64,000 nt of DNA, from positions 1,736,001-1,800,000 of the forward strand of contig MU058213.1 in NCBI GenBank assembly GCA_013265495.1, given 5' to 3'. A model generated the notes under the pieces. That model made no database searches. It was given only the letters and a program-made list of their open reading frames with translations, and was not told the DNA's origin. How positions within the stretch are numbered: the first letter of the stretch is position 1; every line of letters begins with the position of its first letter. This document shows, piece after piece, positions 24,201 through 36,420 of this stretch. A program made the translations under genes and the position numbers. This DNA is from Vicugna vicugna (Eukaryota).

Positions 24201-26684
24201 AGCAATATTTTGTAACACTTACTATGAAATCTACAGTTTTTCCACATTGGCCTATATTAAAAATTTTGATATAGTAGGCCTACTAACACAGAAGAAATTC
24301 TTTATTTCCAGAAGAAATGAAAAGTACAAACACATATTTGCTCAGTAGAACAGCACTACATTAGTCTTTTGGTAGTAGCAGTGTATTTCCTAAGAATTAT
24401 TAAATTCTAATGTCAAATATCTATTTCAACTCAGCCCCTCATATTTAGCACCATATCCAGCACAATATACACTATTCTAAGTCTTGATGGCAAGATCATA
24501 GCAACACTGAAATAGCAGGGAGATGACTCCAGTACTATATGGGGTAAGATTAAAAACAGCTCATATTATTGGAGAGCGCCTGGGATATCATGGATTCAAG
24601 GATGTTGTAGTGAAGCCACTGACATTCTGGACATGCTTAAACATTCCTCAAACATTCTGGACATGCTTAGGAGTTTGTGTGTTGCTAGATATGGCTACCA
24701 ACGCCAGGAAAGAGAAAGCTCAATCTCTTTCAAACTGCAGCGTTTTGCCAGTTTGGGAGCAGTAGTAGTGAAACTCATTTGTGTTGGTCCCATGTGGCTC
24801 TGTGTCTGGTATAGATTGTTCAAGTCTCTCAGTCCCACCAGAAGACCTATAAGCTTGATGCTGAGTTGTCTCCTGTGTGTCGTTTTGGCTCATATTGTTT
24901 TGCTCAACCTGTCATCCTTCTCTTTCTGTCCTTAGAGGAATATACAAAAAGGCCCTCTTTGAAGGACTTAACACAATCCCTAAATATCCCAGCAACATCA
25001 AAATCTTGCCATAAAAACCAATATCCTTTATCCATATTCCTCCTCTCTAACTACAGTGAAGAAAGGAGCAATAAGCCATGCCTGGAAGCTCACAAACTTC
25101 TGTTCTGTCAAAACCATAAAGGAAGAAGACTTTGGGGCTGAGATCATCCTGCTTTTCTTCTCCTTTTGCTGCATTCTTCTCTTCCATGTGTGTCTCATCT
25201 GTCTCAGGCCCAAAGTCCTTTCTCTAAAGAGACACTTGTCTTCATCTGTACAAGTAGCATTTCCCTGGGATATGGCAGTGGAGGTCACTCTCACTTACTG
25301 GAAATGGTTTTCAGGCTTTCCTCCAAATTGCACGTTTTCAAAATTGACTAGATTTGTGTGTGGATTCTCCAAATAGAAACTGACTTAAGATGCACTGAAA
25401 ATTTTAAGATTCTGCTGGCAGCAGATAATTAATAAGATTTTTGGTGCCTTTAATAAACTGGATCTGAAAGAATTTTTAAAAAATGTGGGCCAGGGAGTCC
25501 CATCTGACAAAATTACATCCCAGGATTTAGAAAGTAAAAGAATGTTTGGTTGTACATTTTTTCATATATGTATTAAAAGTTCAAACATATTTAGGGTAAA
25601 TATAAATATCAAAAAATTTCAAAATAATATATATGTATTATGAACAAAATATATGTAAGATATCAATATCATGGGATAAAAAGTATACATACATGTGTTT
25701 ATGTAATGTTTCATTTATTTAATGAATTAATAAAGCTAACAAAAAAGTGTGCTTTTTAGCTTCTTATTTTATATAGTTAACGTCCATCCTTCCCAATTTG
25801 ACTACTTCTTCCCCGAGATAGCAGAGCTCTTCAGGGTTTTACTTGTCATCATTTCAAGATCCTACAGGCATCTGTTCCAAAGCTATTATTAAAATTGCTG
25901 AAGATGTCCTCTAGCATCCTCTTGCAGATTCAAAGGCTCATTTCCCTTTCCTGTAGATTTGTGTTCCTTATTTGGAAGCACTCAATAATAAACAAAGCAG
26001 GAAGCAGCAAAGGCTGGCCCCCTCTGAAATGGCTCAGCAGCATTCAATCTGTTGGCAAAAAAATAAAATAAAATTATGCTGGCGATGAGACATCAGTTAT
26101 ATATACACTCAGGAAGCAGATAAAGGCCATCCACTTTGGAACTTTATAATAGGGCACATATAATGTGCCTTTCCATCTAAAAGGAAAGGTGAACCCCACT
26201 TAACAACCAAACACGAAGTTGGGAGAAGGAGCCTAAAGAGGCCTATGGGTGGCTCCACATAGGCATCCTATGGATGTCTTCGTGGTGGCTGGGGCTGTGG
26301 GGTGAGTCTTTCAAACATCACAACAGTGAGGCCCAAACGATTCTCCCTGAGACTTGGCAGCAGGTGTCTCTGCCAGACTCCTTTCTTCATCTCTGCCACT
26401 GGGTCTGGACTCACTATCTCAGTCCTTCTGGAGTTGTCCTCTTGCTTCTTCTCCAGTGTCTCCGACTCAGAAAATGACAAAGCTTTCATGCCCTTGTGGT
26501 GTGTGTGTGGCATCACAAGTCTCCACATCTGTGTTGATGAGGCTCCATCCTGTTTCTAAAGAGTAGGTTCCACAGGAATAGAGGGGGAATGGATAATATT
26601 CACATTAGCTATTTGTGAGTGGTAGAATTGTGAGAGATTTATTTTCACTTTTTAAAATTTTAATGTCTTTACTGCTTTTTCTTT

Positions 26685-26900
26685 TTTACTTTTTCTGTAA
26701 GGGTTCAAATAGTAAATATTTTAGACTTTTCAAGCTGTATGGTTATCTGTTCAATTCTACTCAACATTCAAAGAGTAGTGTGAAAACAGCCATAGTTAAT
26801 TCTAAACAAATGGGTGTGACTGTGTTACAGTAAAACTTGATTTACAAAAATAGGTGGAGGGTGAGATTTGACTTTTAGATCATAGTCTGCCAACTCCTGC
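26685..26900 (+). mobile_element. MER58A-like MITE
   Basis: ttttctgtaagggttcaaatagtaaatatttt...acagccatag...atagtctgccaactcctg. Confidence 0.85.
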
Positions 26901-28569
26901 TCTAATGTTTCTATACTGAAAGTCTATCACTTGCATGATTAAGAAGTATAGAATTTATTTTAAAAAAATTGAGGCACATTGGTAATGTTAAGACCTACTG
27001 ATTGGCTCTTTTGGGAGTGAGGGGTGACAAGAGGAGATGATAAGAGCTGCCCCTCTCCTTATGTATGATTTCTTAAGAGAGCTGGCTTACTTCTAGATGG
27101 GTAAGTCTTAGGGTCTGGATTGGCCTGCCCCTCCCCCTTGAGATGCCTCTACACTGGCTCCCTGACCCTGCCAAGATGAATAATTCCTGCAGTGTTGCAC
27201 CTGTAATCTAGGGTGAAAATGCACATCCTAAAAAGAATTAATTGATCCCAATCCTCTAGTAGCAACAGAATAACTCTGAGAGTCTTGGAGAAAGCTTCTG
27301 ATAGATTCAACATGGTATCACTGAATGACCATGACTTGATTTTCCTCTTCACTGGATTTAGGCTCTCCTGATTTGTTTCTGCTGACAGGGCTGGGGCCTT
27401 TTAGGAGCATGAGATGGAGCTGAGCAGCTCTAGAGAATTCTACCTTCTGCCCAGCAAACTCTGGGGAATTCCCACCATGGTTCATATTTCACTGGGAGAA
27501 TAAGACTGATCAAACTTCCAAAATGCTGCTTAGGTTCTGGCTACATTCACAGGCCCCAACTATCTCTTCTAAAGTGTATCTCTCTAATCAGCAGGTTTGC
27601 TGTGAAGGAAACACCAAGTGCAGCAGAAATTGTCTTCCTATTGGGAGAACAGTGGGAGAGCAGGTGCTTTAATGTGGGAATGTCAGAACTCAGAGTGAAG
27701 GCAATTATTCTCCCCCATGTAGCTCAGCATGGAAGAGAAATTAGCAAGAAAAAGGCAGGCAGCTGCTCTCCCCCGGGTGTCGTGGGCAGCTGTGATGAGA
27801 GGGCGCCCCATACACCTGGGCACACGCAGCCCGTGCTGGCTCTGCAGGCCTCAGGGGCGAGTGCCCAAGATTCTGAGGTGCACTGCAGTGGCCTGAGCTG
27901 GGAAGGAGCTGGAAGGACTGGTCACTTCTGGACCCCTTGAGGGAGCAGAGGTGAAACCAGGAAGGTGATGCTTTGGCATCTTTCCCAGCAGGGACATTTT
28001 TCAAAATCAAGATTAACTCAGGAATAACATTATATCCCCTCCTCTTCTTGACACTCATCCATCTCCATTCAATTTTTACACAAATCAAGTGACAAAACTG
28101 ATGGTGGTCTGTTCCATTTTCTATTAGCTTAGTCCAAAGATGGAGCCCAGAACAGCTTACCTAGTGAGAATGGGAAGGATTTTTAACAGGATGACTTTCA
28201 CCCAGGTTTCTCTCAAGGCAGGGCAGGCTATTTATTCAGACTGCCCAGGAGCATTTACTGTCAAACCTAGCTGGACTTTGGTGTGCTCAGAAAAATTCGA
28301 GCACTCCTGTGCAAGGACTCCCCGCCCTCCTCTGCCCTTTGCACTACGTGGCAGAGGAAGAGTTAAACGATTCTAACAGAGGCCTGAGAAAAGGAGCACT
28401 GTATTGGCCAAAGGAAATGGGGATTTTTAATACAGGCAGCAATACAGGCAGCTGTCATTTCTATGTGACTAGGAAATCCTATACTGGATGTGAGTTTTCG
28501 AGAACTCATTTGTTTCAAAGGCAAAAATGAGACCTCCATTGGGGCTTACCAGGGTTTGGTTCCTAATTA

Positions 28570-28965
28570 TGTTAGTGACTGTACTAGCTCAGTGCTGTAG
28601 CAAACAAACCTCCAACTCTCAGTGGTTTAAAACAATGTAAATTTTCCTCTATATGCAAAAGTCCAATGCAGATGTACCTGTCTGGCAGGTAGCTTTACTC
28701 CACATGGTCATTCAGGGACCCATGCTCCTTCTGCCTTGTGGCTCCTGCTTCTTCAGAATATTCTGCAGTCACTGACAAATGGGGAACAAAGCAAGGGGAA
28801 GACACGTCTGTGTCTTATCCACTCAGAACCCCGCCAAAACCCACATCACTTCTGACCACATTCCATTTATGAATATTAGCACACGGGTTATACCTAGATG
28901 CCAGACAACTGCAACATCAGTCCCTGTCTGAGTGGCCACTTCTCAGCCACAAGCTGACACTATGA
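28570..28965 (-). mobile_element. MaLR LTR (MLT1J/K-like)
   Basis: tgctgtagcaaacaaacctccaactctcagtggtttaaaaca...gtcattcagggaccca...catcacttctgaccacattccatt. Confidence 0.75.
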
Positions 28966-29728
28966 GGAGGGAGCACAGCTCTGGGGTGGTAAGCCAGCTG
29001 CAGGCACACTCAGCCCCTCCAAGAACTCCCTGCTGATTCTGTGGCTCACACCCAGGATATATATCCCTGAGATACTGCTTTAATTTGCCCTGCCACTGTC
29101 CCTATCTTTTTAGAGGTCCCTCAGGTGGCATTTCTGAAAATGCTTCATTTGAAGCTAAATGCTGGGTAGAGCTGGGGTAGTGGGATTCATGGTAGTAAGT
29201 CCAACCTGGCAGCTTCAACAGAAGTCAGTGGTGTGTGCAGTAGGGCCGGTTTGCTTGTGGCTGGGGAAGTGAGAAGGAAGTGTTATTGGTCACATGTATG
29301 AACAGTGCATCTTGACAACCTGAGGGATGTAATGTTGACTGGGAGGCAGTCCAAGATGGCCTGGTGAATAGAGCTCTGTTTAAAGTCATTGCTCTGAGCA
29401 AGACTACCAGAGCTTCAGTTTCTTTACACCAAGCATGCATAATAAGGTGAACATTTAAGAAAGAAAACTAATTGTACTAGCCCAATTCCCAGTTTCTTCT
29501 GCTCCATTTTAATATAATTCTTCTGATAAATTTATCTTTTATGCGTTTCCTTCTCTAAGGCATTATTTAGAGTCTTTACATTTCTAGAGCATTTACAAAT
29601 TATTTCCAGGTCTTTATGGATCTGTTCATTCCTTGTTCCTCAGAAAATTGTGGGCAAGGACATATACAGAAAGCTTGAATGACACAAAGTATCTAATTTC
29701 ATATGCCCAACTCAGAACAGCACTATCA

Positions 29729-29778
29729 TCCAGATGTTCCAAATGTCCCAGATGTTCCCAGATGTTCCTAATGTTCTG
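29729..29778. repeat. degenerate 9-10 bp tandem repeat (ccagatgtt)n
   Basis: tccagatgtt ccaaatgtc ccagatgttc ccagatgtt cctaatgttc. Confidence 0.85.
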
Positions 29779-30236
29779 ACTCTCAGGATCTAAATTTAAC
29801 TGAACTGAAGATCCCAAAGGACCTTCTGGACACCAAGTAATAGGTAATCCACCTGACATCTACCCCAGCCCCTTCTTACAAACCCTTTGACAGCAGTGAG
29901 TCTCAAAAGTTTTCTTCGAACCCTTGTGATCAGAAATACTTACAACTTACCTTGGCACACCTTTGTCAATGTAGAAAGAGAAAGGATTTTCACAAATCAT
30001 CATACCAGTCCCATCTCCAAATTCTTGTAAGTCAAGACACCTCAGTACCTCATTATAGATGGGGGCATCGAGCACATGCTGAGAGCACCATGTCCATTAA
30101 TGGAAAAGAATTAGCACTCTCTATTCAAAAGTCGACATTTCACTACATGCTTTCCCTAAGGGAAATGAAGAGTTTCTGCTCCTAACATGCTTCTTGGTGG
30201 CCTTTGTTATTTTGCTTCTCTAGACTCAAGTGGGTG

Positions 30237-30495
30237 AAAGGCAGCATAACTGACTATGCAGAACATGGACTCTGAAGACAGTTGGTGTGTTCAGAATCTG
30301 GTCTTTGCCACATACTAGCTGTGTGCTGTGTGATCTTGGAGAAAGTACTTAACTCTCTGTTCCTCAATTTCTCATCTGTAAAATGAGGATGATAACCCAC
30401 TTCATAGGGTTGTTGTGTGGATTGAATATGTTGACAATATAAAGCACTTTCAGTCATGCCTGGCATATAATTAGTACAACATAAGCATTTGCTGT
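30237..30495 (+). mobile_element. near full-length MIR
   Basis: ggcagcataa...ggactctgaagacag...ctcaatttctcatctgtaaaatgaggatgataa...gcctggcatata. Confidence 0.9.
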
Positions 30496-30759
30496 TCTGA
30501 AGTGCACATTATTTGCCAGGTCTGATATACCAACTAGTGGTGGGAAATCAGCCAGACTGTCAGGAAATTCTTCCTTGGACTTACATGCTTCCTGAAATCC
30601 CTATCCTTGGTTGAGCTCACTTAGGTTTAGTTCTCTCCAGGGGAAGAAGAGTAAAGGGAGTAGAAACTGTGCCAGCAGGTTAGCTCTACACCTGCTGAAT
30701 GGCTGGCTTACTCCAAGATTGATCCTTTGGTTTCCATATAACTTATTCTTCAAACAAAC

Positions 30760-30869
30760 CAGGCTACATTTAAGAGTCTAAAAGTGTTGAATAAAATGGG
30801 ACACTGTGTCAAAAATGATAAAGTAGGAATGTCCTGGACAAATCAGGATATACACGTATGGTCACCCTA
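30760..30869. mobile_element. hAT-Blackjack MITE (MER81/MER94-like)
   Basis: aaaatgggacact...tgtcctggacaaatcagga...tatggtcacccta terminus. Confidence 0.6.
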
Positions 30870-30919
30870 ACTAATTACTGCTGATTTGAGTTTGGGCTGC
30901 TTGGCCAGCTGCAGCACTA

Positions 30920-31110
30920 TGGCAATAATTCTGACATTTACAGCAATTCACAGTGTGTTCAGCATTTATTCATATTGTTGAATCCTTTCAATATCCTTAT
31001 AGAGTAGATTTGATTGTTTCTCTCATTTTACAAAGGAGGCAATGGAAGTTTATTGATGTGCTAAAATCACATCAATGGTAAACAGCATCCTCTTTCTATT
31101 CTACCATGTC
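30920..31110 (-). mobile_element. MIR fragment
   Basis: ctcattttacaaaggaggcaatgg. Confidence 0.6.
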
Positions 31111-31359
31111 GCGGCTCCCTTTAATTCCCAGACACCTCCCAGTTTCTGAACATCTTACACAACTCTGAGCAACCATTTGGCTCAACTGTCTGGTCCACAT
31201 GCTTTCAAGATTCCTATTGCTTATCTGGTCTTTGACTAGGTTTATGCCTATGACAAGCCATAAAATTAATTTTAAAAAATATTAAAATAGATAGGCGAGC
31301 TTATTTTTCCTCTGGGTCATAATATGGAGAAAAGTGGTTGTTGGAAGGAGAGGACAGTT

Positions 31360-31570
31360 TAAACTCTGGCCCTGTCAGTCATTAGCTATGAGATTTAGCT
31401 CAATTCTCACACTCTTTATATCACAGTTTCTGCACCTGTATGTGCTCCTGGAAATGTGAGCATTTCCTCATCCGTAAACTGGGATTAATAATACTTGCCT
31501 ATTTTAAGGATGAAATGAGATACCGTAGGGAAAGAGCTTAGAAAATATGCTAAAATTTTCAATGATCATT
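31360..31570 (+). mobile_element. MIR fragment
   Basis: ttcctcatccgtaaactgggattaataatac...aggatgaaatgagata. Confidence 0.7.
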
Positions 31571-31789
31571 TTTACAATTTTAATGATTACCATAGACCTA
31601 GAAGAATAATCTCTGAGATAGATGAACAACTGGATAAGCAAATAGCAACCAAGAGGCCCTAAACAAAAACATTCTATGGCTTCCTGTCAAACAATGAACG
31701 CTATGCTTGCACAAGTATGCAAGTGTTCAAAGATACACAAGGATTTTCAACATTCCATTATTTGTAAATGCAGAACACAGGATATCTTT

Positions 31790-32792
31790 GACTTTGGCTA
31801 ATTGGTCATGGTCTCTCTAGCATTGAATGAGATGAGCAGTTCACCTGCTTTGTATAAGAGGAAACACTCTAGGTCTGGTGACCAGAAGTCAGATTGAATC
31901 ACCTCAACAGAAAGTTTCAACTCTACCAAGCCCCATCCGTGAGCCACAGGCAGGCCAAGAGCCCCTAGAATGGAGTGGTTTGTGTCCCCTAGATGAAGAA
32001 GCTTCTACACTGCCAAAAATATATACTGTAAATCCCCCTTCTAGAACCTCTGTGATAAAAGTCAATGGAAAACTGTGGCAACTCACTAGAGGCAAGACTG
32101 CTAATCTCCCAGTCTCTTCATGAATGAAGATTTGGGTTACCCTACCAGACAAAGAGCACCTCTAATGAAGGAACAGCTCCAGCTGAGATGCTTGCTGAGA
32201 GCAAAGAAATATGGAATGAGTAATAGAAAGTAGTTAAAAATACCAAATGTAACCATGTGACAAGTTGCAGAAACAAAAACTGTAGTAGTTATGAGCATTT
32301 CTACTGTATTTTGATCTAAATACATTAGCATACATATTAGCAAATTTTGTCCTCCCCGTTCCCATTCCTCTAACATGAAATGTGTTAATCTCATCATAAG
32401 AAAAAAAAATTATGACTATGTGAGGTGATGGATGTTGACTAAACTTATTGTGGTGATCATTTTGTAATATATACATTTATCAAGTTACTTTGTTGTACCC
32501 CTAAAACCAATTATATCTCAATAAAACTGGAAGAAAAAGATGTGTAAATAATAGTTAACCATATAGCCCAGTACATAAATTACAGGCTCTCAAAAAAGGA
32601 GTGTTACTTAGAAGAAAATGAATCTTGGCTAAATATGAGTAAAATGACTTTATATATTCCTTTGTGGAGAGGGTTAGCAGTTTCTTGTTTAGATGAATAG
32701 TTACATCATGTTAGGAGTAAATGAGATTTTGCTACTGTCTTTATGTGTGGGTAAAGCAGTGTGTGTGGAAGCTACATGGACAAGGGATGGAC
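31790..32792 (+). mobile_element. ERV-L internal region, internally deleted
   Basis: tggctaattggtcatgg...gagcccctagaatgg resembles the ERV-L gag end; gtgataaaagtcaatggaaaact...tgaagatttgggttacc...gctgagatgcttgctgag resembles the pol/dUTPase tail; purine tract caagggatggac abuts the LTR. Confidence 0.8.
32390..32537 (+). mobile_element. short L1 3' end inserted in ERV-L
   Basis: ggtgatggatgttgactaaacttattgtggtgatcatttt...caattatatctcaataaaactgg; TSD aaatgtgttaat (32378) / agatgtgtaaat (32538). Confidence 0.85.
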
Positions 32793-33422
32793 TGTGGTGG
32801 CTTTATATTTTGTCAGCTTTGCTAAGTTGGAACTGTGTGTCCTAGAGTTCTCTGCCCTGTATAATTTTGGATTATGGTTGGCCACAAGAGATATTTACAT
32901 AAGATTTTGGAAGTGAAGTGAAGCAGAAGCCTTTTTCATGCTCTAAAGTTGGCCATCTGGCACTGTGACAGCTCATGCGTCTCATTGCTGATCTGCTGGC
33001 TCACCTTGTTAGCCTGGGGCAGCACCCAGGCCTGCAGCTTCTCCAGCTCCCACTAGATCTCCTCCTTCACCTTCTTAGGAGGATGTGAGTTCAGTCTCAT
33101 GGAGGAAGGTGCCAGCTTATATAGGTCATATGCTTCATCAAGACCAGAGTAACTGAGAGACAGCCAGGACTTCTAGTCTGCCTTTGCTGTCTCTTATTTC
33201 ATGTCCTGTTTCTTTGTTTTTGTTTTTGTTTTTGTTTTTAATCCCAGCTGCTATTCCAGCTTACCTGGACCTTGTAACTTCTGCCCAACACCAGGTACAA
33301 CAGCCTTGCAGAGACTTCTTTACCACTTCCCACAATTGTGTAAAGTCTAATCCCTGTTAAAAATCCTGTATCCATACCACTCAGAGTGGCTCTGCTTCCC
33401 TGATCAAACTCTGACTGATGCA
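32793..33422 (+). mobile_element. ERV-L 3' LTR (MLT2E/F-like)
   Basis: TG start directly after the PPT; ends gtggctctgcttccctgatcaaactctgactgatgca. Confidence 0.8.
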
Positions 33423-33429
33423 CTAGGAT

Positions 33430-33655
33430 TTTGCTTTTTATTTTAAACATGATTGTCTGGGTAGCTGGCTTTTCATGTCAGAAAATTTTATTATGCTGAT
33501 CCCAGACTTCCGTGGCTACAATTAGCTGAAACTGAGCTGCTGCTCCCTGGAATGATGCATGCACTGTCCAGCCTGCCACAGGCTCCTTCTGGCCTTCTTC
33601 ATTCATCTATATTTCATGTCTGGTCCCCCAAAGCATTTGGATTTGTGACTCTTAG
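33430..33655. mobile_element. old hAT fragment (MER102-like)
   Basis: Ends gcatttggatttgtgactc. Confidence 0.4.
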
Positions 33656-34144
33656 ACTGGAGGCATTTTTAAAAGGTCTTGTCTGATTTGTATTCACTGG
33701 CATGAAGCCTTTATGACTGCCCGACATAGACCAAACAATGTTTTCAGGTTGGCTGAGTGGCATGTAACAAGTTTCACTACCTCATGGAAACAATTTAATA
33801 TTCTTTATTAAAATTATTATCCTGTCCTCAGTAAGCATAGCATAGCATTCACATTTTATTCAATTGTATTCATTTCAGTCAATGGTATGATGGGAAGTAT
33901 GCTTTTTACAAGCTTTGGAGTTGAAAGAGACTTGAGACAATACCCAGCTGAACTGGTATTCAAACCTAGGTGCCAAACTGCTCCACATTATTCAGGTTCC
34001 TCTGAGATTCCTCTGGGCTCAGAGATGAGGCTATGATCTCAGCAGGTGAGGCCCCTCCACTCAGTTCAGTAAGAAAAGCCTCAGGTTACTTGTTTCACAC
34101 TGATTTTCTGTTTAACTTTCTTTTGCTATAAAAGAAGGAACTTA

Positions 34145-34290
34145 TCTCACCCTCTCATTTCACAGATGAAGAAATTCAGGGATGAAGAGTCCCAAAGCTA
34201 TTAGCTAGTTACTGAATGAGCTCTCTTATTACAGATCTCAGGACTCCAGACTTCCGTCCAAGGATTTAGCCCATATACTCACTGTCTCAA
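34145..34290 (-). mobile_element. MIR fragment
   Basis: ctctcatttcacagatgaagaaattcagg. Confidence 0.65.
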
Positions 34291-36420
34291 GTCTTGTACC
34301 GAGAGAACTTAGATTATACCCCAAGACCAAATGAATGTGACTAGATCAGCTTCATGACCAACCCAGAAAGGATTCAACCTAAGATGCTGTTAGTTCCCTC
34401 TCATCTGTGCAGAGGAAGCTTAAAACCCTCATTATTAGTCCTTCAGGGTTTCTGAACCAGGACTTGAATGCATAAGAAATAGAGAAACATCCAGACGTTA
34501 TTTATTTCCCTGTTTAACTGAGGCAGCTGATTTTTTTCCCCTTAAAGAAGAGGCATCTTGTTCCCTTTAAATCCACTTAGACAAAAACTAGATGTTATTG
34601 ACAGAAGGCCTGTGATATGCATCTCAGGTTTTATATGGGGATTTTCATTTTGTCACATCCAGTTTAAGCCACCAGCCTAATTTAATTACAATTAATGAAT
34701 CACCATTTACCCTGAGGCAAAACCAGGTTTTCTTGCTAAAGAGGTGTTCAGTGCATAGCATTCAAATTCATGACCTAGACCTCAAATTAACGGGCTGTCC
34801 ATTAAGAATGGATGAGTGGCTTTGAAGACTGCATTTATCAGTTGTCGACAGTCTTCTCTTGCAGTCCCCAGTGGTTCCTTTGGAAGAGACAATCAGAATA
34901 GGAAGATGCTACAAAGGGAATGTCCAGGGCTACCTAGTGCCAAATGAGGTTTCATTAAAGCACCAGCTTTGCCCTTGTGGGGGTGGAATCTATGGAATGG
35001 TAGTTAGAAAGAAATCAGTCCGTTAAGAAATGAGATCCTTCCCACATCAGGGGCTGCTTCCATCCTCTGTCCAACCGTTAAGGTCTGACAGATGGAAAAA
35101 AGCCAGTGGAACTCAACTTGTTCAGTGAGGATTTAGTGAGTACCTACTATGTGCCTAAACCTCAAGATACTTAGATAACAATGCCAAGAATTGTAACATG
35201 AGGGATGTATAATAGTGTAAATACGAGGGATATCGACAGTCCTGGGCTGGGATAGGAAGGAGGTTCATCTTATAGTCGTCACTCATGCCGTGTTTGCCAG
35301 GGTTGATTGTTCAGTGGGTCTAATTGGCTGGTTTGGTGGCCTTTTTTTTTCTGTCCATTGCTGCATTGTCCAAAGAGGTCACTGTTTATGAGAGAAAAGG
35401 GTCATTCTTAGGTAGAAGCTATGCTTCCCTGCTAGAACTCTGGTAGTAAGGAATTCAGAGACTGATACGCACTGGCTGTTGAGAAGAGGCTGACAGGAGG
35501 TGTCTTGAGAGGAAGAAGAGTACCCCGGGAAGGTGGGAGGCCTGAGGTAGGCATCCTGGTGCTGACTTCTTGCTGTACAAAGGCAGCCCACAGCCAGTCC
35601 CATGGATAAGCAGGACACTGCTCTGCCTAGAGCGATGGGATTCTATTGGTGGGGAGCAGGAGTGATTGCTGGTCAGCCTCCCCAGCCTCTGCCCTCCCCA
35701 TCTGCAGCATTTGCTGAGTGGATGCCGTGGCAATGGTTTCTTTAGGTGGAGTACTGCTCTCCCGTAACCCTTCCTTCATGTGGCTGCTTATAGTTTGCCT
35801 TCTACCCCTGTTCAGCACTTGCTGACTCCTCACAGTTGTGTGCTCTTAAGGCCCCAGTTCTAGTCTCTACCATGGTCTTCTCCAGATTCCCTCATGTCTC
35901 ATGACTCCTGGACCCCTGGCGTACTCTAATTTTTCCCAAGAAGCTCAAAACAGAGTCGCAGCATATCCTCTTCCAATGTCTACCTCTGCTAACTTTCCTA
36001 TAGTCACTCCCTGATTTAAACAACCTCTCTTTTCAGGTCAGCACACTCCCCTGCTGCCTTGCTCTCAGATTCTCTGTAGAAGTCCTAACTGGCACATGAG
36101 GCTGAAAAGTGGGAATGACGAGCTATGTAGCTAGGAGGAAGTTCTGAAACCTTGAGAAACAAAGTTTGTGAAGATTGAACTTCATCTTCTTCCTGATAGC
36201 CTCCCTAATTCCTCTGACCAGCATGTCTATTTTCTCTTTCTAACAGCCTGTGTGGCACATTATGAACTAAGTCTGAATGTCCAATTTGATATATACTCAT
36301 TCGTTCAGAGGACAGAGCAGGGCTTGTAGGATCGTATGGAAGCAAACAACCTGGTTCTTGTCCTCAAAGAACCAGCTGATCATCTTATTGAGGAGACAGT
36401 CATCATTACCATCCTCAGCA

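Noticed and set aside
29729..29778. Short repeats as a CRISPR-like array
   Set aside because: Simple tandem repeat without unique spacers, in mammalian DNA
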